Assembly: GCF_036971445.1 (NCBI RefSeq)
Contig: NC_091474.1
Coordinates: 77,748,001-77,812,000 of the forward strand
Source of the DNA: Narcine bancroftii
Taxonomy: Eukaryota
Direction: 5' to 3'
Length of the DNA: 64,000 bases
This document shows positions 48,968 to 63,658 of this stretch, piece by piece. The position numbers and the translations under genes are program-made. The notes under the pieces are model-generated. The model searched no databases. It had not been told where the DNA came from and saw only the letters and a list, made by a program, of their open reading frames with translations. The first letter of the stretch is position 1. Each line of letters opens with the position of its first letter.

Positions 48968-51900
48968 CACTCTTAAATGCCCCCTTAAATGGACAAGCAA
49001 GCTATTGAGTTCATGGTTAGTTAGGGATAGACCTAAAAATTCCTGTTCCTGATATCAATGTCCAGTTCTTGAAAAATAAGTCTACTTCATGACTTGTAAC
49101 TAATAAAAATACACACTAAGTAAAGCTGGATTATTTTATGGCTTTCTTATTCCAAAGATAACAAACTCAAGTATAAATTCAGAATTGGCTAAAAGCCCAT
49201 GAAAGAAAATACTTGGAATATTGTAGTCAGCCATAAATGCAATCAAACAATGAAAATATGGGGTTGAGATCTGCTTGCATAGTGCAGTTATGCCTGCATT
49301 GTGCTCTGCTTCCAAAGATGAGATGTGTTGACTTCAGTGGAGCAAATCTTTGGAAGCAGAAGATAACACATCGGCACATCAAACCTGTATATATGATGCC
49401 AGCATCAGGATTAGTTTCTGCCCCATATTTATTTTATAGAGTTAAACAAAATGTGCAACTTGGCATGAAATGATTGCAGATGGTTTTTGGAAATAATGGT
49501 TTCCAATTGCATTTCATTGAGAGCTTCTGTTTGATCCAAGAAATTCCTCTTTATCTGTTCCATCACCCTGAGCCATGCATTCACATTGTTAATATCTGCC
49601 AGCTGGCAATTAAGTCATTTTAGTTCAGAAGATCTCTCCAGACACCAACCTTATGCTAGTCAAAATGGAGCCTTGCTGTGCCCCTGGGGTTCAGAGTAGC
49701 TCAGAAAATTCCACGCAGCTCACACACATGAACAGCCCCTCTTACTGCAGGCCCAGGTAGCACTGAGATTATTTAGTAGACTTAGAGCAGTGGTTCTCAA
49801 CCTTTTTTTCCACAATACCAATTTGTGATCCCTTATTAACCATAGAGCACCTATGGCATCCTATATTTGTACTTTAGGCCATGCCCCCTTATGCAACTAA
49901 AGCAGTCTAAATGTTACTGCCAGTAATAAGGATTGTGTAACTACACACCTTCAATACTCAGCAGGGCAGACAACCAGCCAAACAAAACACAGGACACTCT
50001 TCACTGCAGTCCATATGCATCCCCCTCCTTCTCTGGTGCAAACCCTCCCTACAGCGCACGTGCACTCTCACGCTTTTGTTTCAACAAATATGCCATGTTC
50101 TTACTGTACAAACATTCAGGAGTTTGGGCTATTTATGCAGTTACCCAAGGACTAATACTGACTGAAACAATTGTTTGTTCCTTGTGATGTTTAAACAACT
50201 TATAGTCCATGTTGTAATAGGGTTGCACGGGCTCATTGGCTGAAAGGGCCTGTTATTGTGCTACCTCGAAATGTAAATATAAAAAAATGTAAATGTTGAC
50301 ACTGAGTGCTACCTTACAATACTGACTTCAAAACTATCTTGTGCAAATCTTAACCAAGGTGTATTTAATGCATTTATATCAAGTAGTTACTGGAATTTCC
50401 AGAAACATTTCAAATAAGAGTCCTCCCATAAAATGACAGATATTCAAAAATATGCAATCTTGTGCATTAAAGCTGATACAATTGAGTAGTAATGAGGCCA
50501 CAGGAAAAAAGCCATTCTAGTTATATTACTATTCAACATGAATCTAGTAACTGAATTCATTTCTAAGTTCTGCAGAGTCTATGAAATATATTGAATAAAA
50601 CATTTCAATATACACAAGTGATGGAGGCCATGAGACTTAGCCAGTTTATCTTCTCATTAATGAAGCTAAAATACCTTCCCTCTCAACATCCAAATACATT
50701 CTGAAAGATAGAGGATTTGGCCTCCACTATTCAACAATAAAGTTATTCATGATGTTAATCATTTGTATGAAGTTGACTTCATGTCTTTATCTTATTTTTG
50801 TGATTCAACTTGAAACAATGTGTTGGAGGAAAATATCCTTCTCCACACCAGAAAATGAAATCAACCATCATTTGAGAAGGAGAAGCAGAGGAGATGACCC
50901 ATGGGATGGTGACCACAGTGGCAGACCAGCAAGGGGCTCTGTGGCTAAAGAACACACAGATGGAAGGCTGTTGGTGACTCAAGGCAAGGAACCCTTGCAG
51001 GCTGCAGGTGACTTAGTTCAAGGGATTCATACTAGGCTGCGGACTGCTGGAGAATGGATCAAGACTGGTTGAAGGGATACCAGGTATCAGAACTGGGATG
51101 AGAGACGGTTCACTGAAGGGTTCCTGATTGTGTCAGAGGTTCAGATCTGGAGCTCGGGCGGCTGATGGTTTTAACTGGACTCTGTGTGGCTGGGGGTGGG
51201 GGGGGGATGCAGAACACTGGAGGAATGAACGCACGGTGACTCTGAGCGGAATCTCTTTTGCTTCTCTTTCTCTAACTGCAAGAGGCGCTTCAGGCAATTT
51301 ATGCTGATGGCAAATCTGTCTGCCTTACAGCAGACAAAAGCAAATTCTGTGTAATATTGCATTGTCTTTATGCCATGAATCTTGAATCTTTGAAGGGCCC
51401 CCTTTCATTTGCCTCTGGTGGCACTAAACATGCAACTAGAGGTTCTGACTACTGATCTGTACACATGATTTCAAATTCTACCATGGCAGGCATAGAACAC
51501 AGTTATCGTATATACTCGTGTAAAGGTCAAGTTTTGCAGACCATTTTTTAATGTTAAATTTTATGCTGTCGACTATTACAAGGATACTTGCACCTGTGGT
51601 GAATATCTGCTTCATTCGAGGCATCAGGAGTTCCAATGGGCAGGTGACTGGGACTGGGTGATATGTCTGCATTCAAGGTGGTGGGGGTTCTGATGGATGG
51701 GCAGCGGGGCCACAAAGAGGGGGTGACCTGACTTTTACACATGATATATAGAAAATACCAGATTTTTGATCCAAAAAATAGAGGGTCGACTTTTACATCC
51801 TATCTTTTACACGAATATATATGATAATTAACAACATCTTCAATATAAAGTTGGCATCAGTAACAGTGACCTTGAAAAGTACCAGATTGTCCTAAAAATC

Positions 51901-53100
51901 CATCTGTTTGTTGATCTAATTTGGTGAAGAAAAACTATTGTCCATGCCCAGTTTAGCTTATACTTAACTCCAAACCCATCAATGTAGTTGACTATTGAGA
52001 CTATTGAGACCACAGTCCAAAGAACCAGATGGATGAGGGATCGATCTGGAATGGATAATAAATGTTGGCCTAACCTATCACAACCACATCTCATGAACGA
52101 ACATATTAACAAAAGGTGTTCTGCACTTCAAACCACCTATCTTGAGTTAAATTAATTGCCTTAAAAAAAGCACCTGTGTTCTCTCTGCTCAACACTCTAC
52201 TTCACCACGTTCAGTTAACTGCAAAATACTAATGTCCCAAGACAATAATTAGAGCTGATGTTACAGAAATTCACATCAGATGAGAAAAAATAATTAAACT
52301 AATGCCTTTCATTTTTTTTTAAAAAAAGCACCCTATTGAATAGTGCGTAATGAGATGGGAGAACCACATGCTCAGGTTGTATTCTCAAGCTGCCCTTTAA
52401 TAAGTGCAAAATAAAATCTGGCAGCTCTGCATCAAAGCATTTTCTCTTTTTTTTTAAAGTTTTCTTATATTTTTATGTAAAAATAAACAGATTTTTAAAG
52501 CTCTTTTTACTTAACATAAAGAAATACTGCCCAAAAAAATGGAACCCAAACTATCTATAAATATTAAATGATATGCCTGTATCAGAGCAAAAACTGCAGT
52601 TGCTGGAAATTTAGAACAGGAACAGAAAAATGCCAGAAACGTTTCAGTGACCCAGGTAGCATCAGGAGGGAAAAACAAGGGCAAATGCTCCAGATCAATG
52701 ACCCTTGATCAGAACTGTTACCTGGGGGGTCATTCACCCACAGCATTGAATGATACTCACTCCACAGATGCGGCCTGTTTTACTGAGCATTTCTGGCATT
52801 TTCTGTTTCTGTTCACACTTTCTCAGTCTGTTTAATGCCCCTACAATTATTCAACGGGAAAGCAGCTATTAAAAAATGTTCTAAAATGTGCAAGTCCCTT
52901 GCACCCTCGCAAGCACTGTGAGCCTAAGCCCATTTCAGATGCAAACATGTGTGGCCTTTATTTTCATTGATGAATTATTCTACGTTCTCTATGTTTATAT
53001 ACTCTTAATTCCCTCACCTTTGTCTGAGAAGATAAATTCCTTCATCTTTTCTCACAGACCCTCAAGCACCTATGTCCTATGTCTTACAACAATTTCAAGT

Positions 53101-53310
53101 ACAGTAAAACCCCTGGTATCCAGCACCTACAGAAATTGGTAGATGCCAGATAAGCATGTTTTCCGGTTGCTTGAGACTGCGCATTGCTTGAATGGAGAAT
53201 TAATGGTGAGGCGCACCAATTGTAAACTTTGAAATTTTTTTTAAACCCATTTATTTTCCACGATTTTTCTTTGCCAGTTGCTTGAATTCTGGATGACAGG
53301 GATTTTGCTG
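53101..53310. mobile_element. TcMar-Tigger-like MITE
   Basis: ta|cagtaaaacccctggtatcc ... ggatgacagggattttgctg. Related copies at about 46635-46836 and 34475, partial copies at 4939 and 60180. Confidence 0.65.
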
Positions 53311-55365
53311 TGCGTCGATTGTCATTGTACCATTCTTTACATTAAATGTAATTAATTTCTCGATTAAAATTAAGAATAAATACAACCACATTCTCCAGTG
53401 GTGGATTCAAAGGATGCTAGAAAGCCACCCAACTACCTGCTTATCCACAAACTTAAACGATAGGTCTTTTCTCTATTTATCGAGTCCTGACTGAGGCAAC
53501 AGTTGTGATTACTACTACTGCTCTTTCACATTTACTGAGTGCACAAAGGACAGGTTTCCAGTAAATTCCAGAAGGAATGAGTGTGCTATTTTCAGGATTC
53601 GGTCTCGCTGGTTTTCTGTTCAATGCTGCAGTAACGTCTTTGCTTGAACCTGGTCTTCTGAAATCCTCTGAAAGGGTAAAATTGAGCTAACAGATACAGA
53701 GCCCAACAGGGCTGGGTCCTCCTTCAGTGGCCCTTGGACTGGGTGGCCATGTCAGGGCATCAAAGGTCATGCAATGATCCATTCGTGGACAACACCAATG
53801 GGAATAAAGACATCTTTTGCATCTTCTCTGATTATTCACCAATTGAAGCCCATACACCTTGTGTTTAATAAACACACCACAAGTTCTCTACTGCATGGAC
53901 TGAAATGAGAACACTAGACATGGTTAACGAACTTGTCATGAGAGGCCAGGTCTAAGGACTGGTCCTCACAGTGAAGGATTCTGTGTGGTGATTAACATTA
54001 AGATCAATAATCTGAGAAAGGCTTTGGCAAACTAATGATTTTTTTTATATACTGAAGGATATAAATCGAAATGTTGCCTTTCCAACAATCTACATATTAT
54101 TGTTGATGATAACCACTGACTCAGAGCTTTCGGATGATCTTCTTTCTTGCTATTTTATTATTATTATCAACTTTACTCTCATTCGGTTGTACAAGATGAT
54201 AATGATAATAATAATCTCCATTCTGATGGAAATTTGCTTATTTATTTCAAATTGGATAACTTTCCCAAAATGGAAGATGCACAAAAGAATGTGCTAAGGA
54301 TTTTTGTCCGAAAACTGCTAACCACGATTGCCAGCAGAAATTTCATAGCTATATATATTGAGATAGAATAAATCTAGCTATTAAAAGTCACAAAACTACC
54401 AACTGCTTCCTGTTCCACTGCCACCCTTGTTACTTTTTAAAAACTCATTACTTAATATTCAAGGTGCAGCTTTATTAAGTGAGATTTGGTTTCTTGAAAA
54501 TATATATTAAAATCCTATTCATTTTGAGGTAACAATATACAATGCAAAGGAAGAACAACCTTGTATACCTTTGCATTTATAAATAGAATACCACCAAAAC
54601 TTGGTTCTCCAGCTTCTGGTAGAATGATAAACTCACCAAGCACTAACTTTATTACCTCCTGTCGATATGTGCAGTTAATAGGACAAACACAAGTGTTAAA
54701 TCCAGACACAAAGTGTCTCAAGTACAGGGAATTTTAGGTTTATTGTGGGAGAGGTGTAATATCCCTCAAAGCCTGTTCCACACACTATTCAGCAATTTTT
54801 GCATCAGTTGGACTGTCAGGAAACAAAGCCTCTAAAGCTCTCAAAAATAAATTTCCTTTAAATCAGTATTAAGTTTGAAAGACTTCCAATAGTCTGTCCT
54901 TTTTCCTTGTGTTCTGGCTTCAGGATAATGCAGGGAGAGGCTCAGGGAGAACACTGAAGCAGGAACAACTATGACCCTTCCATAATCTCCAGCCACAGCA
55001 AAGCTCTTTGGCGTGCTCTGCTGGCATGGTCCCAGTCCTGTCTACCACGTCTGCACACTCTCGATTCTGGTTCAAGGTCACATGACTTATTGAACACAAG
55101 GAAAGGACAGGGTTCTGGTTCAAACATTATGGGATCAGCCTGTGATGGCACTGTGATGCCATCAGAGTTTCCAGGAGCAGATGGGTGCTAGTCAACACCA
55201 TCTGATGGAGAGAGCAGTGGGGAACATGAACATGGAAGAGTGTGATCCTATCAAAGTCTACGTCAGTCCACAATTGGTGTCAAGTAACCCTGAACCATTT
55301 TGATGAAAATCTGAACACCATCCATGCCTGACACTTTTCCATTTAATCCATTCCTGGCACTGAAC

Positions 55366-55787
55366 TTACTCAGCCTTCAAACCCTTCTTTCTGCTCAAGT
55401 AGGTTTCATAGAAGAAGCAGCAAAAGAGAAGGAAATAGCTAAAATACATGATGGAAGACAGGATAATATTTTCGAAGAAAGAAGGGCAAAGACCCTCCTC
55501 CATCCACATGTAAATCAGCACATTTACCAGCATTCCCATGACCATCTGCATTATCTGGGTAAGGGTAATAAGCATGGCAAACCGACGGGGCACATGGAAG
55601 CCCGCTGCCCGAAGGGTGTAGTATGAGTACATGAAGGCATGGACACCATAATTCATTGTCATGAACCAGCCACCACCTGCGACCATATCTTTATAGGAAT
55701 ACCAGGAGTAGAGCAACACTGTGATGTGATGATACCAGTGCAGGAATATCAGCTTCTGCTTCCGTAGGACGATGAATACTGTGTCAC
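55366..55787 (-). CDS. ELOVL6: ELOVL last coding exon ([20 protein letters not shown]...KAE*)
   Basis: gcag|GT; TAA at 55368-55366; candidate AATAAA on the - strand at 54471-54476. Confidence 0.95.
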
Positions 55788-58700
55788 CTGCAATAGAAGG
55801 TACCAGATGTTCAGGTAAATCTCAGCAGAGGGAAGCCGAAAGCACATCTTGCTCATTGCCTGGCATGTGTTCTCCACGATTTATTGCCCCAATCCAATTT
55901 GATCGGCAGTAATAACACTGGACAACAATATTTTTCTAAAACGTTCACTTCCTTAAAAGAAATTGGGGATTATGATAGACAACTTCAAACTGAACACAAA
56001 GATAATTTCAGATTTATTGCATCATGAAGGAATTTGGAGAAACATTAAATTAACTTTTATTGAATTTAGCAGGTTTAGTCGCATAATGATGCTGACACAT
56101 TGCATTAGCACAACTGACCTAAAAATGTTTTGCCGCTGATTTTTGTTTGGACTCAGCATCTGATGCCCTTTGTGTCAATGCCCAACAATTTTTGGCCATC
56201 GTTGATGGATTCCAGTTGCACTAGTATCCTTTTTCCATGGTCACAATGTCCTGGTGAAACCTTTCACCATGTTCGTCACTGACTGCACCAAGGTCAGCAG
56301 AGAAGAAGTCCAAGTGCAAATGCAGAAAATAAATTTTCAATGACGTTACACTTCATGGTGTTGTATGCTTGAAGTAGACTTAAAATATGACAGGAAATCA
56401 CAAAAATAGTTAATATCTAAGAAATGGTATGTGATAGAAAATTTTTAAGTTGACTTTCATGCGGTAAACCTCTGTTGTATGTATTTGACTGGTCGGGCAC
56501 ACCTATTGGCTGGCTGTACCTATGGCCTCTCCCACAGGCTTCTCCTCAATGCAGGACAGTCGAGTAGTATGGGTGTGGCTCGTTCTTTAGAGACTAAAAG
56601 CCTAATGGTTTCGCAACCTCAGTCTTTGAGTAATTGATAGTGCATCACAGATCAAAGTACACCCAAAAGTGTCCAGGAAGCAAACTCTTTGTTGTCCAGA
56701 GTATTTAGTAGCATGTGCGTTTACAAAGCCAGTATTAGCTACTTTAGAGAGCAAATAAATCAACAAGAAAGTCAGGGACTTGCTGAGTTTATACCTTGAA
56801 ATAAACATCGCCATGAAGTAACCCTCTGCAAGTGCCTGCTGCAAATTCTGCTCTTACCTCAAGTGGATTTCCCAGCAAGACGCTGGATCTGATCTGATCA
56901 GTTGTGCAGTGCAGGGCCTGTGGAAATGCTTATAGACCCTTGGACTGAGCTGTCCACCAGCCTGAGAGTTTTTGACATTCACAAACATTAAAAACTAGCA
57001 AAAATTGAACGTTGCTTTTTTACTCAACATTGGTTATGAGAAAACTTTTTGAAACAAACAAATATATTTATAGTAATACAAATAAATGGAAAATGAACAG
57101 ATTTTCTGGGAAGTAAAACATGAAAGTCCATGGTTGCAGTAAAAACACAATGCTGGAGAAACTCAGCTGGTTTAACAGTGTACTTTATATGACAAAGATA
57201 AAGATGCATAACTAACATTTCTTTTGTAATTAAATTTAGACATATAGCATGGTAACAGACCATTTCAGCTCACGAGTCCATGCTGCACAATTTACAGCCC
57301 ATTTACCGACACCGCCAGTATATTTTTGAATGGTGGGAGGAAACCAGACCCCCAGAAAAACCACACAGACATGGGGAGAACGTACAGATACCTTACAGTT
57401 AGAGCAGTATTCAACCCCGGGTCCGGTCCCAATTGCTGGCGCTGTAAAGGCAACTGTGCTGTTTCGTGTGAGGCTATGGAAGAAGAGTTTGGCATCATGA
57501 GGTGTGTGGAATTCATTAAGGTGTGGGTGGAGGTGGATGAAGGTAAGGCCCCTCTACAGAGGACTGAGCTCTCTGTCTCAGAGAGGGAAAGTTCAGACCA
57601 AGCGGTGATCTATGGAAACAGATGGAGCAGCAGAATCTGCTGCCGGTTCAGCGGTCAAGATTCCCAGAAAGGCTGCTCATAGTTCCTACTCTGCTGCTGG
57701 CCCTTCTGAGGAATCCAGTGTCAGGACTTAGCTGCATTCCGTGAGAAAGATCTGAACCTCTTCTCGCTTTGTGGATCTCTACTTTGGAAATTTCAGACTG
57801 TCCACACAGTCATTGAAAACGAAAGTTGTGTGATGTTGCTAATCCAATGACATGTCACCCTTGAAATAAATAATCAAATACAGATAATTTCTGGGGGAAA
57901 TTAAGTGTTGTGGGGAACAGCCAGGTAAGTGGAGCTGAGTCCGCACTCTGATTACCCATGATCTTATTGAATGGAGGAGCAGGCTTGATGGGCTAGATGA
58001 CTGACTCCTGCTCCTATTTCTTATGTGTGTGGTTTATCTCCTTATTTCTAATGGACAGCATCTCTCAAGCAGTAGATTGAGGGGTAAAACTTTTACTCCA
58101 TAAAAATCAAGTTTGCTTTGAAAGAGGAAGGCCAGTTGAAAGGAATAGTTAGGCATGTTTAGCATACCAGTTGGCGTAATGCCAATACAACAGCAGCGAC
58201 CCGGGTTCGAATCTGGCGCCGTCTGTAAGGAGTTTATATATTTTTTCTGTGTCTGCGTGGGTTTCCTCTGGGTGCACCAGTTTCCTGCCACCCTTCAAAA
58301 AAATTACGGAGCTGTAGGTTATTTGGGAGGCATGGGCTTGTGGGCCAGAAGGGCCTGTAAAATTTACTTAAAATTTATTTAGTTATTGACTACAACCTGA
58401 GCCCAAAGGTATCTAATCAAATTTTGCTCATTTTATTTCCTAAAGGGGGAGGTTTGAATGGTACAAAACAGAAGGATAATTCTGACAGGTCACAAATTTC
58501 TTAATCAGAAGAAATGGGTTGCAACTGAAATAGTTCAGTAAAAATGTTCCTCATCTTACCTAGTTCTGGGGCTTTGCTCAAGACAAAAGCATATGCCCAA
58601 AATTTGCTCACAGGTCCATTGTAGAAGCTCTGGTCACACACAGATTGCTTGAAGCCACTCGTATAAAGTACATGCCACATGTACCATCCTGTTCTGAAAG

Positions 58701-61700
58701 CACCAAGTATACTATGGGGAAGAAAAAAAAATTATCATAATTTTCACAGTATTTCAATTTGTATGTCTATTCCCCAGTTCTTCTATCAATCCAGTAATGG
58801 GATAAATTAGTGTGCTAATAAATAACAATCTTTCTGGAATATGATATCATCTCCTTTCAAAAGTATCAAATGACACGAGGGAAAACCGTATTTTTCTAAT
58901 GATGCATCAGAAAACACACAAAGACACTGCTGCATTTTAATTGAGTTCAGTAAAGAAACAGCAGATCAATTAGTTCTATCTTTGAGCTCCCACTGAGATG
59001 TTGTACACGTTTCAGGAATGCATGCTGCTTGGAGTACTTTGAGTAATTAATTTTAAATTTGATCTTGTATAGAAGATCTCTGCAATTTTACAGTTTTATT
59101 CCCCAAAAAACTAAGTTAATTAATAAGCCAACTAATTTAATTCCACACCCCATTCTGATATGTCTGTCCATGGCCTCATGCCCTACCAAATCAAGGCTAC
59201 CCACAAATTGGAGGAGCAACACCTAATATTCTGTTTGGGAACTCTACAACCAGATGGCATTAACTAACATCGACTTCTCCAGTTTCTGTTAGGACCCTGC
59301 CCGTCTCTCTCTTTTTCCCCTTTCGTTATTCTGCCCTCCCACCCATGACCTCTTGCCTTTTGACCTGTGCTCCCTCCCACTGCCTTCTCCTTTCCTCGCC
59401 CCAATCTTTTTATTCCAGCGCCTGCCTGCTTTTTGCTCATACCTGTTGGGGAGCTGAAGCCCAAAACGTTGGTACCCTTTGCTTGCTATAGATGCTGTGT
59501 GACCTGCTGAGTTTCTCTTGCACTTTTGTGTACTGCTGTAGAAGTTCATTTTTCCCTTACTTTGCACAGTGCATTTTGCTGCTGGCTTAGCCATTTCTCC
59601 CACCTCACCACCAAAAGGATCAGCCAAAAGAATATAAGAAATACGGTCAGGAGTTGGCTATTCAGCCCCCCACCTGTTCTTCAATTCAAAGGGATCATGG
59701 CTGATCTGATCTTGGCCTCAGCTCCTTTCTCCTGCATGTTCCCTTTAACACTGTGGCCTATCGCATCTGTGCTGATCATCACCACATTTACACTAATCAA
59801 CCTTAATCCCATATTTTCTATTCTCACGAAAATTCCAACACTCACCAACTCACTGGGTCAACTTACATACGCCAATAAACCAACTAACTTGCACACATTT
59901 GGGATGTGGGAGGAAAACTGCATGGCCACAAGAAAATGCAAACTCCATCAGACATCACTGGAGTAGTGTCTGTGGTAGTCTGTGTAGTCTGTGTGCGGTC
60001 AGAATTATTTCTGGGGTAGGCGTTCGGAAAACTGAAGCCATCAGCTGCATGTCCTCCTTCATCCCAATTCTATGCCACTTGGCAGAACTTCTGCACTGGT
60101 GAAGGTGAATGTCATTCATTCATGATTTATTAGAACTTAGGCTGACAAAGGGACAGGACACAGAACAGAATTCAATAGTATAGTTAAAACCCAGGTATCT
60201 GGCACCAATGGGGATTGGTAGATGATGGACAAGTGAATTATCTGGTTGCTTGAGATCTTTCTTGGAACCAAGACACTAATGGCATTGTGAAGAAAACACG
60301 TTAGTGCCTCTACTTCCTCAGGAGTTTGCAGAGATTTGGTATGACGTCAGAAACCCTGGCAAATTTCTACAGGTGGAAAGACTGTTGACTGGCTGCATCA
60401 CAGTCTTGTATAGGACACCAATACCCCAAAACATAGAGCCCTGCAAAAGGTATTATACACAGCCCAGGACATCACAGGCAAAATCCTCCCACCATCAAGA
60501 ACATCTACAGGGAACTCTATCTTCTGAGAGCAGCAGCAATCATCAAGGATCCATACCATCCGGCACGCGCTCTGTTCCCATGCTACCATCAGGAAAGAGG
60601 TATAGATGCCACTAGACTTGCACCACCAAGTTCAGGAACAACTGCTACCACTCCACCATCAGACTCCTCAACTCATTTAAGGACTCTTACTTTTGCACTT
60701 TATAGTTTTTTCTCTCTGTATTGCACAGTCAGTTGGTTTACATTTCTTTATTTGTTTACATGTGTATGTTTGTGTATTTTTTTTGCACTACCAATAAGTG
60801 ATAATTCTGCCTCGCCCATAGGAAAAAGAATCTCAGGGTTATCTGTGACATCATGAATGTACTCTGACAATAAATCTGAAATCTTAAGTGTCCAACAGGT
60901 AGCTTAGTCATTACTTGGCACGGCCTACTAGGCTATTAAAGAATGAGAAGTGAAAGTCTCCAATTTTACTCAAATGTCACCACATTAACTGGGAAGTGTG
61001 AGGTTAGACAAAGACGTGGATATATGTGTGAAGAAAAGTCAAGTTCCGGTATTGGCCAAACGGTCAGCACAGAATTTACTGAAGTATTGTGCTTATGTTT
61101 AGCCTCTGAGCAGATTTGTCAGAAGCATCACTCTGTCAGTCGATAGAAGTTGGCAATAACTCCAATATTTAATTCTTTTCAGTGTCTTATTATGTATAAT
61201 GACACACAAATCAAAGTATAATCTTCTTTCTGTGTTTGAAACAGTGTAAAATTACACATATCTGCTGTGCAAAGGGAGGAGTAACATTAATATCACAAAG
61301 CATTTAGCAAGCTTCACAGATTTCACACAAGCAAATGTGTCCACTTCCAAGATTACAGTCCAAACATTGTGAAATATTCTTATCGAATACTCTACCTTGT
61401 GTCTTCTTTGGGCCATTTCCAGTATTTCCCAATTGTTATTCCCCCATGCTTTGCAATGACATACCACTTTGAGATCATTCCTTCTCCATTTTCAATTGGT
61501 GCATGCGTTTTGCAAGCTGTGAACAATCCTCTTTACCAACACTATCCATCAGCCTAGATGCTCGCAATAATGATAATGAATTTGCAGAAGACAAATAAAC
61601 ATCAGCTCTAGGGCCTTGGCTTATTACAGTCTAAGTCCACAATCTGCATTTATGGGAACGCTGCTTGTGAAAGAACCCATGCCAAAGAACTTTAACCAGT

Positions 61701-63658
61701 CATTTAAGGGGAACTGTAAACAGAGTGACAAAAATAATGCTTGCAGACCCATAGAAGTGCCTTGTTTAACAGTCACCACAGTTGTCAGTAAATCACAAAT
61801 GGCAATGAGGAAGCGTACAGGAGGGGGATAGATCAGCTAGTTGAATGGTGTCAGATCAACAATCTTGCACCAAAACGAAGGAGATGATTGTGAACTTCAG
61901 AAGTCAGGAAAACATGAACCAGTCCTCATTGAGAGCTCAGTAGTGGAGAAGGTCAAAAACTTCAAATTCCTGGTGTCAACACCTCCGAGGTTCCATCCTG
62001 GAGCCTTCATGTCGATGCAATCGTGAAGAAGGATCAAGGGCTACACTTTGTGAGGAGTTTGATGAGATTTGCTCTGCCACCGTAGACTCTTAAAAACCTC
62101 TACTGGTGGACTGTGGACTAGCAATGCTCAGGACAAGAAAAAAACTCCAGAGGGTGGTTACTTTGGCCTGTGGCATCATGGGCACCAGACTTCACTCCAC
62201 CAAGGACATCTACAAGAGGGGGTGTATTCAGAAAGCAGCCTCTATCCTCAAGGACCCCCCCCCCCACCTCTCAGGCCACGCCCTCTTCACTCTGCAACCA
62301 TCGGGAAAAAGGTACAGGAGGCTGAAGATGAGCATTCGGTGGCAGCTTCTTCCCCTCTGCCATCAGATTCCTGAATGCAGAAATGCAGTGCTAAATGATG
62401 AGGAGCTCATAAAAAACAGCAACAAGTGGGTGCCTGGGGCGACACTCCGGTGAGCTCCAGCAGCACTGCACCCCTGTCTGAATGAACAATGAACCACAGA
62501 CACTACCTTTCTTTGACTTGACTTTTTCTTGCACTAATTGTTTTTGTAAGGTGGTTTATATAAATATTTTGCTCTATAATGTTGCTGCAAAACAACAAAT
62601 TTTGTGACATGTTCATGACAATAAATTCTGATTCTGATTCTGGTGTTCCAGATTCCAATCACAATACTTAGCAGGTAAGGCACCATCGGCAGAGGGAGAA
62701 ACAGAGTTAATGGTTGAGGTCTGTGACCTTTCAACAGAACGAGCAGTGACTTCCGATTAAAGGCTACAAACCTGACATGATAATGCCGACTTTCTCCCCA
62801 CAGATGCTGTATATGCTCTGAGAAATTTCTGTTGATCTGACAGAGGATAGTCATTCTCAATTGAGGGAAAAATTAACACCAAAAACAATGACAGATGAAC
62901 AGTGGAATATTTCACAAGCTTAGCTGCACGGCAGGAGAAATGGGGCCAGCTTCCCAAATGCATAAACTGTCTTCCTTCAGCCCTCACATTGTTCACCAAG
63001 AAAGCTTGCTGGCTGAACAGTGGTTTATATCGGAGCCAGGGGGCTATGATAGTCCAGGAAACCATGCCTTGCCTAAAATTAATCTGTAATTATCGGTGAC
63101 TTGTGAGGTAGAAACCATAGCTTGAGGATGGCTTCATGTCAATAATTTAATGCCTGGTTCAAATGTCAGCCTGAAATTCTTGAGTTGCTTTATTCTTTGT
63201 TGTGTACTTATTACAAATATTAAAAGGGATTGCACTTGCATGTCGAAGCATTGGCAGCAGTAAGAACTTCAGAGTTGATGAAATTCGATCTTTTAAGACT
63301 ATTTTTAAATTTGTCAGCTCAGATACCCCCCAAAAGATGAACATCTAGGTCTCATTTTCTTTAATTTCTCATTTAAATTTGTCTCCAAACCCTCATTTAT
63401 GCTCTGTATTTCTGAAATTGAGAGATCAGTGAAAAAGATGTCCAAACCTTCACTCTTCTCCATTCGCAGGCTGTGCCAGCCTATCAATTAAAAATTATAA
63501 GCTGCCATGAAATATCAGTCACTCACCTGAATAAAGCAAGGCTCAGCGACCACAAGACTAATGGCTTTCGAAGCTCAAACTTCCTTCTCTCTCTCATGTA
63601 ATATTGCCCTGCAAAGATCAACGCAGCGTAAACTGCAGAAAACAGGAACGACTTGCTC
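55366..63658 (-). CDS. ELOVL6: Very-long-chain fatty acid elongase, ELOVL6/ELOVL3 subfamily (5'-partial; first coding exon lies beyond the window end)
   Basis: Exons 63658-63527, 58711-58560, 55787-55366 join in frame; motifs KAPELGDT, HWYHH histidine box, TMNYGVH, C-terminal KKGLKAE; symbol uncertain (could be the ELOVL3-side ohnolog). Confidence 0.9.
55916..56420 (-). mobile_element. Second copy of the Chapaev3-like element, in an ELOVL intron
   Basis: Begins taa|cactggacaa and is colinear with 13601-14100. Confidence 0.7.
58560..58711 (-). CDS. ELOVL6: ELOVL exon ([11 protein letters not shown]...[17 protein letters not shown])
   Basis: atag|T...CTAG|gtaaga, 152 nt. Confidence 0.93.
61770..62640 (+). 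mobile_element. Rex1/Babar-like LINE 3' fragment
   Basis: [30 protein letters not shown]. Further copies at about 240-620(-), 6860-7270(-), 20310-21090(-), 32410-33030, 41160-41490, 60270-60880. Confidence 0.75.
63527..63658 (-). CDS. ELOVL6: ELOVL exon ([15 protein letters not shown]...[10 protein letters not shown])
   Basis: ttag|G...AG|gtgagt, 132 nt. Confidence 0.93.

Noticed and set aside
55324-55626. 100-aa + strand ORF
   Set aside because: Antisense shadow of the ELOVL last exon
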